Source: a virus
Lineage: Duplodnaviria > Caudoviricetes
Length of the DNA: 64,000 bases
Reading direction: 5' to 3' (one strand)
Virus record (IMG/VR): IMGVR_UViG_2795386107_000001
Location: 1 to 64,000 of that record
A program made the translations under genes and the position numbers. Numbering within the stretch: position 1 is the stretch's first letter; each line of letters starts with the position of its first letter. Of the stretch, positions 47,601 through 56,600 are shown piece by piece. The notes below the pieces were generated by a model that had not been told where the DNA came from, did not search any database, and worked only from the letters and a program-made list of their open reading frames with translations.

Positions 47601-50600
47601 GCGTTCCTCGTCGCCCTGGTCCTGGTCCTCCTCGCTGTCGCTGGTGTTGTCCGGGGCGTTGGCCTCGTCGCGGTTGTTCTCGTCGTCGCGGCGGTCGTTG
47701 CCGCCGTCGTCCTCGCCCCGCGCGATCCGGGCGGCGCGGCGGAACCGCTCGGCCGCGCGCTCCCCATCGGGGCCACCCAGTTCGTACATCTCCGCGAGGG
47801 AGTCGAGCCGGTCGGCGGCGTCGCGCAGCTCGGCGTCGGGGTCGTCGGAGTCCGCCGCGCGCCCCATGGCGTCGGTGACGTCGCGGATCTCTGGAAGATC
47901 GTCCCCGCCCGCTTCGTCGGTGGCCTGGCGCACCAGGCCGGACATGCGGTCGGTGCGGTCCTTGATGTCGCTCCGGCCGCTGACCGGGGTGGCCTCCGGC
48001 TCGTCGACCGCGGGCTCGTCGACGTCGGGAGTACCGTCGGTGCCGGTCGTGCTGGTCTCGTCGACGTTGGGCTCGGAACGCTCGTACCTGTGGTTGTCGG
48101 GGATCTCCTCGTCCGGGTAGCGCAGCCGCACTTGGGCGTCGGAGTTGTAGAAGCGCTCCTCACCGTCGTTGGTGACGATGCGGGTACGGCCGCGGCCGGT
48201 ACGCGCGGGCGGCTCGGCCACGGTGTGCGTACGGCCGTCGGCGTCGGTGTACCGGTCGCCCGGCTCCAGGTCGGCGGCGTTCCGCATCTGCGCCGGACGC
48301 AGGTCGCTGGTGTCGCGGCCTTCGGCATCGGCGAACATGTCCGGCGTGCCGAACTCGTCGGCAGGCCGGACCTCCGGGTTGTCCGGGTCCGCGGTGCTGT
48401 CCGCCTGACGGGTGGTCGGCTCGTCGACGTCGAAGAGGCCGCCGGGCTCCTCCCTGGTCTGCTTGGGCTTGGGCTCCTGCTTCGGGGCGCGGCCGGCGCG
48501 GCGGGCCTCTTCCGCTTCGAGGACCTGCAGGCGGGTGCGGTCAACACCGGACAGTTCCCCGCCGTTGGCCATCTCGCGGCCCATCAGGTCCACGATCTCG
48601 TCGCGAATCTCGCCATCGTCCATCGAGGACGGAGCCTTGGACCCCTCGGGGCGTACGGCGTCGAGCTGGTCGGACACCTCGTCCGGAGTCAGGGTGACGG
48701 TGTCGTTGCCTTCCTCGCCGTCTGCCGCGCTCTGGTCGCCGCCCTGGTCCTGGTCGTCGTTGCTGTCGTTGCTGTCGTTGCTGTCGTTGCTGTCGTCGCC
48801 GAGGTCGCCTGTGCCCGGGGTGTCGGCCGGCGGCTCGTCGTCGCCTCCGTCGCCCGCGCTGCCAGCGTCCGGGGTGTTGGTCTCCTCGGTGTCCGGCGCA
48901 TCGGCGTCCGGGGTGGCGTCGGTGGAGTCGCCGCCGTTGCTCTCCCACTCCTCGCGGCGGCGGCGCAGATCGGCCGCGGCCTCGTCGATGGCCTTGCGGT
49001 AGGCGCGGTATGCGCGCACCTCGGACGGGTCGGACTCCAGCCCTTCGCCGCCTTCCAGCGTCCATGCCCACTCCAGGAGTGCGCGGTGTACCTCGATGGG
49101 GCCCGTGACCTTGAGCGTGCCCTTACGGCCCGGCTTGGCCTCCTTGAGCGCCTTCCGGGTGTCCGGGTCCTCCATGGCCGCGGTCTCGTCGACGTTGAGG
49201 AAGTCGACGAGTGCCGCCGGCATGGTCAGCGTGACGAAGTCCTCGGGCTTGTCCCACGCGTACTTGAGCGGTTCGCCGGGCTCCTCCGCGTCCGCGGTGT
49301 CCTGGCTCTCCGTGTCGTCAGGTCGGATGCTGGCGAGGGTGTCGCTGACCTCGTCCTGGGAGAGGCGAACGGTGTCGTCGTGCTCCTGGTCGCTGTTCTC
49401 GTCGCCGAGGTCGCCGAGGTCGCCGAGGTCGCCGAGGTCGCCGGTGCTCAGGGTGTCGGCCGACTGTCCCTCGTCGCCTGTACCGCTGGCGTTGTCGGGC
49501 CCCGCGGTGTTCGTCTCCTCGGGGCCCGATGCGTCGGCGTCCGGGGTCGTGTCGGTGGAGTTGCCGTCACCGTTGTCGGTCTGCGAGGCGTCGTGCGCCG
49601 GGGGGTTGGGGGTCAGACGCGCGAGGGTGTCGCGCACCTCGTCCTCGGTGAGGTGAACGGTGTCGTCCCTCTCCGGCTCCGGGTTCTGCTCGTCCCAGCG
49701 CTGGAGGTTAGCCACGGCTTCGTCGACCGCGGCCTGCAGCGGTGCCCGCTCCTCGCGCCGCTCCTTGGCCATCGTCTCGCGGTCGTGCTTCTTGTACCGC
49801 TTCTTGTCGAGTTCGTCGGGGTCAATCTCGGGCTTGGCGTCGAGGTCGGTGATGCGGGCGACGACCTCCTCGAGCAGGTTGGCCCGTGCCCGTGCGTGGT
49901 CGATCTGCGGGGTGAGGTCTGCGGCTGCGTGTGCGGACTGGAGCAGGGCTATTTGCTCGTCCAGCTCGGGGACCTTGGCCCGGTCCGACTCCTGCAGGGC
50001 GGGCGCCTTGTCGAGAGCATTGCCAAGGCGGGTGATCATGCCCGACCCGGCGCCCTTCTTCTGGAGGTCTTCGACCGTGCGCTCAAAGTCGGAGTTCCGG
50101 AGGTCCGGGAAGCCGACGTGCGCGACGAGCCTGCCGTCCTCCTTCCGCTCCGTACGGACGCCGAAGTCCAGGCCGCGGAACTGGCCGATGACGTGCCACG
50201 GGCTCATGCCCTCGCGGTTGTGATCCAGGAGCCGGGCGGTCACCTGGCGGTGCAGCGCCTTGCCGGCGTCGGAGCGCTCGCCGTACGGGGAGCCGCCGAT
50301 GGTCATGGTGAAGCGGTCGCCGGCCTCTTGGATGCGGGGCAGAGCCTGCTCGCGGCGCTGGATGCCGTCGCGGGTGGCCTGGGATTCCTGGCGCAGCTCA
50401 TCGAGGGCTTCGGCGCGACGGATACGCTCGGCGGCCTCGTTGTGCTGGTCGATCTCAAGGTCCTTGAGACGGCGGCGGGCCTTCATGAGATGACTCATGT
50501 AGGGGTTGCCGCCCATCTCGGCTTCCATGGTTTCGTAGTCGAACTCGGCGCCGTCGATCTCCTGGACGACGTCGCTGGTGTCGCCCTCCGTCGGCTCCGG

Positions 50601-53600
50601 CCGCTGGATGTCGACCAGGCCCTCGGCCTTGGCGGCGACGAACCCGGCCTTCCAGCCGTCCATGGAGCCCTTGGTCCCGAAAATGTCGATCTCGACCTCG
50701 GGGTTCTGATTGCCGTAGCGCAGGATGCGGCCGTTGCGCTGCTCCATCTGCGCCGCGCCCCAGTCGAGGTCGACGTGCGTGAGGGAGATCATGCGGTCCT
50801 GGGCGTTCATGCCCGTGCCCGCGACGGCGCTGGAACCGATCAGGACCGAGATCTCACCTTCGCGGGCCTTGCGGAACAGCTCCGTCATGTCCTCGGGCTT
50901 GCCGGACTTCTTGGCGTCCTGGACAAAGGCGATCTTGTCGGCGGGGACGCCGCCGGTGACCATGAGCTGCTTGAGTTCGGCGTAGGCGTCGAAGCCGCCC
51001 TTGTTGTCGCTGTCCGGGACGCCTTCGTTCAGGAAGATCATCTGGAGGGCGCCGGGGACGGGGTGGTCCTCGTCGCTGCCGTAAGCGACCTTGTAGACGC
51101 GGTCCTTGGTGGCGTGGTACCGCTCGATGTGCCGGTCCGCGACGGCCTTGAGCTTGTTGCCCGCGGGGGCGTTGCCGTCGACGAGCCGCGGGTCCAGGGC
51201 CACGCTGGTGCCCTCGTTGGACACCGTGAGCATGTTGTCGTCGACCAGGGCGCCCTTGCGGGTGCGGATCTGCTGAGGCTCACCGTTGTGGATGGCGCGG
51301 CCGCGGGCGACGAGCCCCTTGAGACGCTTCTTCTGGTCCGGGGTCGCGTCGACCAGGATCAGGTTGTGGGTGCCGCCCTTGAGCTTCGGCCGGGGAATGC
51401 CGACGTCGTCGGCCCGCTTGGTGTCCGCGACCAGGCCCCACATGGTCTTCATGGCGCGCTTGTTGTGGAACTCGGAGAAGCGCTCCACGACGCGCAGGCC
51501 AGACCCGTCGGGGGCGTTCTCGATACGCAGGGTCTTGCGGCCGAAGGTGTTGGCCCACAGGTCCGGGGCGCCCGCCTTGTAGGCGTCGAGCACCCACGGC
51601 GCCGCGAACTGGAGCATGGTGAACTGCTCGCTGATGCTGTTGGACAGCGGCGTGCCGGTGGCGAGCGTGATGGTGGCGCGGCCGCCGCGGCGGCGGTGCA
51701 GGTCGGTGGTCTTCTGGTGCAGGTCGACGCCGCGGATGGACGCGGGGTCGCCGCCGGCCTCCTTGGAGCGGAAGCCAACGCCCTTGTAGCGGTGAGCCTC
51801 GTCGACGACGAAGTAGTCGAAGCCGAGGTCGTCCCAGTACGTCTCGCCCGGCTTCCGCATGGGCGCGGCGTTCTTGTTGATGTTCCGCTGGACCGTCGCG
51901 ATGCGCTGCTCGATCTTCGCGACGATGAACGGGTGGTTGGGGTTGTCGGCGTCCTCGTACTGGCGGTCAAGCTGCTCGCGCAGCGACTCCAGCTCCCGGA
52001 ACTCGTACTCCTCCTGAGCCTCCGGGCTCATCTTGATGGAGCCGAAGGCCTCTTCGGTGAAGATGACCAGGTCCGGCTTGTTGGCGCGCAGCCACTCCAG
52101 CGTGCTGGAGCGCCGGTCACCGGCCAGGTCTGCCGAGGTGATCAGGTGGATATCGGCGTTCGGGTACAGGTACCGCGCTTCGTCCGCCCACTGCTTCGCC
52201 AGGTGGTTGGGCACCACGGCCATGGGCTTTTCGATCTGCCCGGACGCCTTGAGCGCCTGGGTGCCCATGACGAGCGTTGAGGTCTTGCCGAGGCCCACCT
52301 CGTGGGCGAGGATCACGCCCCGCTCGAACTGCATCCGGGCGGCGCCGGCGAGCTGCCAGGAGTGCGGGGTCCTGTCGGGCGTGAAGCCTTCCAGGGTGGG
52401 CGACATGCCCTCGTACGAACGGACGACGTGCCCGTTCATGATGCGGTTGTAGGACTCAGTGAGGGTCGTCAGTCGCTCGGCGTTCGCCGTGGCGTACTTG
52501 GCGAACTCGGCCCGCATCTGGTCGGCCTTCTGCCGGATCAGACGGGAGGTCGTCTCGTCGACGTCCTTGCGCTTGTCGTCGTGGTAGACGGTCAGCGATC
52601 CGAAGCCGAGGACCGCGCGGGCGATCTCTACGGCGGACTTGCCCTTGGTGCCCTTCTCCGGGTTGGCCGGGACGCCGTACATGACGTTGTTGGCCTCGGG
52701 CACACGGCCGGTGTTGAGAATCCAGCCGTACCGGTCATCGTGCGCAACGCGCAGGGTCCGGTCGCCCAGGTACTCGCGCAGGAAGCCCTGCAGCAGCTCC
52801 GGAGGCGTCCAGTGTGCGCCCATCTCGGGCGTGAACTGGCCGATGGTCCGCTCCGGCGGCTGTACCGCCTCCAGCGCGGCCACGTTGACCGCGTACGCCG
52901 GGTCCTTCTCCGCGGCCTTGCGGGCGGCGTCGAGCTTGTCGCGGACGGCACCGGACAGGTAGGCGCTGGCCAGATCGAGGCGGCCGGTGGCCGGGTTGGT
53001 GAAGACCTCGTTACCGAGGCGCTTCAGCGCCTCCTGCGGGTCGACGTCGAGGAGGCGCGCGACTTCCCCGAGGTCCACGTCGCCGTGCGCGGCGACGACC
53101 GCGGCCAGGGCCGCCTTCGGGTCGTCGGTCGACGTCAACTGACGCCGACGGGCCGCAGCGCGCTCGGTGAAGATGCGGGAGAGGACCGGCTCACCGGTCT
53201 TGGCGTCCCACCGCTCCAGGGCGAGGACAGCCGCGGCGTCCGGGTCGGCTCGGAAGTAACCCCACGCCGTCGGGCGGCCGTTCTTGGTGCGGTGCTGGCC
53301 GGGCTTGGACAGCGGCCCGTACTGCTCGACGTAGGCGGCGTGCAGGTCGCGGAGCTGGGCGCGGAGGGCGTCGGCGCGCTCCTCCTCGTCGTTCTTGCGG
53401 TCCAGCTCGCGCAGTTCGGCGGCGACGTCGCGGAGCTGCATGAGGTCGCGGAGCTGGGCGGTGTTGCCGTCGGCCGGGTCGATGAGGACCGGCTCAGCGC
53501 CGTTGACGTGCTGGTAGAACTGGCCGTCGTCGCCCTCGTAGAGGCGGCCGGTCCAGTCGTTGGCGTGCTTCTCCCGGGCGGTCTGCAGGTGCACCGGGGG

Positions 53601-56600
53601 CCGGTCGTCGCCGTCGGGGTGCGGCTCGTAGCCGCGGCCGTCGGCCTTCGCCTTCTCAGCCATGTCCTCGAGCGCCTTGCGGAGCTGTTCGGCTGCCTTG
53701 GCCGGGTCGCCCTTAACGGTGACCTCCGGCCCGTACGGGCCGGACTGGGTGGTCAGCGTGCCGAGGATGTGCTCGGGGTGCTCGTCGAAGTAGGCGTTGA
53801 TGTGGTGCGGGGTGCCGTTGAGGTCCCGTTCGGGGGCGTCCAGCCATGAGGTGTCGGCCGGCTCGGTGCCGTCCTCACGGCGCCGGAACACGAGCACGTC
53901 GGTGGTGACCCCGGTGCCGGCGTCGTTGAAGACGCCGGAGGGCAGACGGATGGCGCCCACCAGGTCGCCGTACTTGGCCATCTGACGGCGGGCCTTGTCG
54001 CCCTTGGAGTCGAGCGTCTGCCGGGAGGTGATGACGGCCGTGATGCCGCCCGGACGGACGAGGGCGATCTCCTTGGTGACGAACCCGTTGTGCAGGCTCT
54101 CCGCCGGGTACCGCTTGTCATCGAACGGGACGCGGGCGAACGGCACGTTGCCGATCGCCGCGTCAAAGGTCCCCGGCCGGGCGTCGCTCTCCGCGAAGGA
54201 CTCGTTCAGGACGTTGGCGTGCGGGTAGATCGCCTGAGCGATCCGGGCCGTGGTCGGGTCGAGCTCCACACCGGTCAGGCGCGCACCGTCGGGGGCGACG
54301 CCGAAGAACGTGCCCGCGCCGGAACCGGCTTCGAGGACGTCGCCACGGTCGAACCCGAAGGCGCGCAGGCCATCCCACATCGCCTCGGCGATGGGCTGCG
54401 GCGTGTAGTGCATGGACAGCACGCCGCGGGACGCCTGCCGGAACTCAACCGGCGTCAGAACGCGCTGCAGCTCGCTGCGGATGTCGCTGTACTCGGACCA
54501 CCGCTCGTGGTCCTTGGCGAACTTGCCGTACCGAGTGCCGCCCTGCTGGTAGCGCGGTTCCTTCTCGTTCGGCTCGCTGGCGAAGATGATCGGCACCGAG
54601 CCCCACCCGGACCAGCGGGCGAGGATGCGCTTCTCCTCGTCGGTGGCCGGCCGGTTCTCGGCCTCCAGCTTCTTGAGGACCTTGATGGCCTCGACGTTGG
54701 CGGCCGCACGCGCGCGTGCGCCCTTGGGCGCGTCGGCCGGGTCCGGCCGGAACCGCGCTACGCGTCGTACATCGCGTCCCTGATCTCCTGCAGGTGCTGC
54801 TCCATCGGCGTCTGCTCGGGCGCCTTCTCCGCGCCCTCCTCCGGCTCGGGCAGAAGCTCCCTCAGAACCATCGCCGTCGCGTCCGCCCTGATCTGCTTGA
54901 GCCGGCCGACCCTCTCGTCGTAGCCCTCCGGCTCCGGCACCGTCTCCTCCAGCGCCTGCTCCGCGACCAGAATCCGGCTCTCGATCTCCCTGGCCTTCGT
55001 CTCCACGAACGCCTCCGGATCGTCCATCGCCGCCCACTCCTGCGGCAGGTACGTCCGCCAGTGATCCCGGACCGTCGGACTGAACATGTTCATCGTCGTC
55101 GCCTCCCAGCGCTGCACGGAGCGCGGCCTGCTGTGCCTCGATCTCCTCGCGGGAGATGACCTTCTGGTCGTCGTTCCCGCCATTCTTGCGGACTGCCTCA
55201 CGGGCTGACTCAATCGCGTGCAGTGCCACGTTGATGGAATTGAGTCGGGTCTTGGCCTTCGCCCGGTCCGACTTGTCCGCGTCGCGGTCCGCGGCCTGCA
55301 CGGACATGTCCCGCGACAGTTCTTCCGTCACCCGGTGCAGCTCCGCGAGGAGACCCTCGGGAATGACCAAGTTCCGGCCCTTGATGTGGTGGCCCTTCTT
55401 GCTGCTGGGCACCAGCGGGTTCACGCCGTCGTCCCAGCCGTACCGGTCCCGGAACAGGTGGAAGAGGTACTGGCGTTCCTCGGATGCGTTGGAGAGCCGG
55501 TCGCCGAGGCGGGCCGTCTGGTACAGCTCGACGAACATCTTCGGGACGAACACGCGCCGCTCACGGCCCCAGGTGCGCTCACCTCGGGTGTCCGGGTCCT
55601 GGTCGTAGGCGCGGACCAGCGCGGCCAGGGCGGCGGCTCGCGAAGGGTACGCCGTGTTGCCGTGGCCCCAGGAGTTCTTGCCCCAGGTCCAGCCGATCTC
55701 TCGGCGGTCGCGCCCGTAGCCGAGGTTCTGGTTGTAGTCGATGTAGCCGTACCCGGCGCCGCCGTCGATGCTGATTTGCCCGTTGGAGTCGGGGTTGTCG
55801 ACGCGGGCGAGGAGCTGTTCGACCTCGGGGGTGGTGTCCCGGCGGTTCAGTTCGGCCTCGATGGCGGCCATGCGTGCCTCGCGGGCCGCCTTGACGTCGT
55901 CCGACTCGTAGTTCGAGCGGCCGCGGCGCAGCTCGGTGTACTCGTCGAGCAGCTTCTTGGAGTCGACGGCGTCGGGGGTGTCCCGGTCCGTGATGGCCCG
56001 CTTCTCCCGCTCGCGTCGCTCCTGCTTGATGTCCTCCAGGCGGCCCTCGAGGACCCGCTGAGCCTCCGGGGACGCCTTGCGGAAGTCCCGCTTGATGAGT
56101 TCGTTGTATTCCTCGGACAGGGCTTCGTCGTCGAGGTCAGCGACCGGCGGCCGGTCGGCGATCTGCTCGGCGCGGCGCCGCTGCTGCTCACCGACGATCG
56201 CGTCGTGCCGCTTCTGCAGGGCGGCGCGTACGGTCTGCTCGGCCTCGTGGTCGTCGCCGGCGGCCTGGTGCAGGGTGACCCGGTGGGCGACGGCGTCGCG
56301 GGCCTTGGCGAGGTCCTCCTCGGCCATCGTGGTCAGGTCGGTGTTCTCGTCGACCAAGGCCTGGGAGCGGCGGCGGCGCTCGCTGTAGATGGCGCGCTCG
56401 ACGTCGTTCGCGGGCTCGCCCCTGCGGGAGCCGTACGTGCCGCGTTCCTGCTGCGACTCCTTGACGCGGGCCTCGATGTCGGCGTCGCTGAGCTGGGTGG
56501 CGTCGCGGGCCGCGGCTTCGTCCCGCTCCTTCCGCCGGCGCTTCTGCTCCTCGGTGATCAGGTCGATCTCGCTGTCGAGGCGCCGACGGTTGGCTTCGGA

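Noticed and set aside
43700-48300. Intein/Hint domain suggested by A.DL.PGD motifs
   Set aside because: No N-terminal Cys block or terminal HN motif found; more likely small beta-barrel repeats
41619-53849. Very long + strand ORFs (1594, 1948 and 515 aa)
   Set aside because: Antisense shadows of the giant gene caused by high-GC codon bias; V/G/L/R-rich with no motifs
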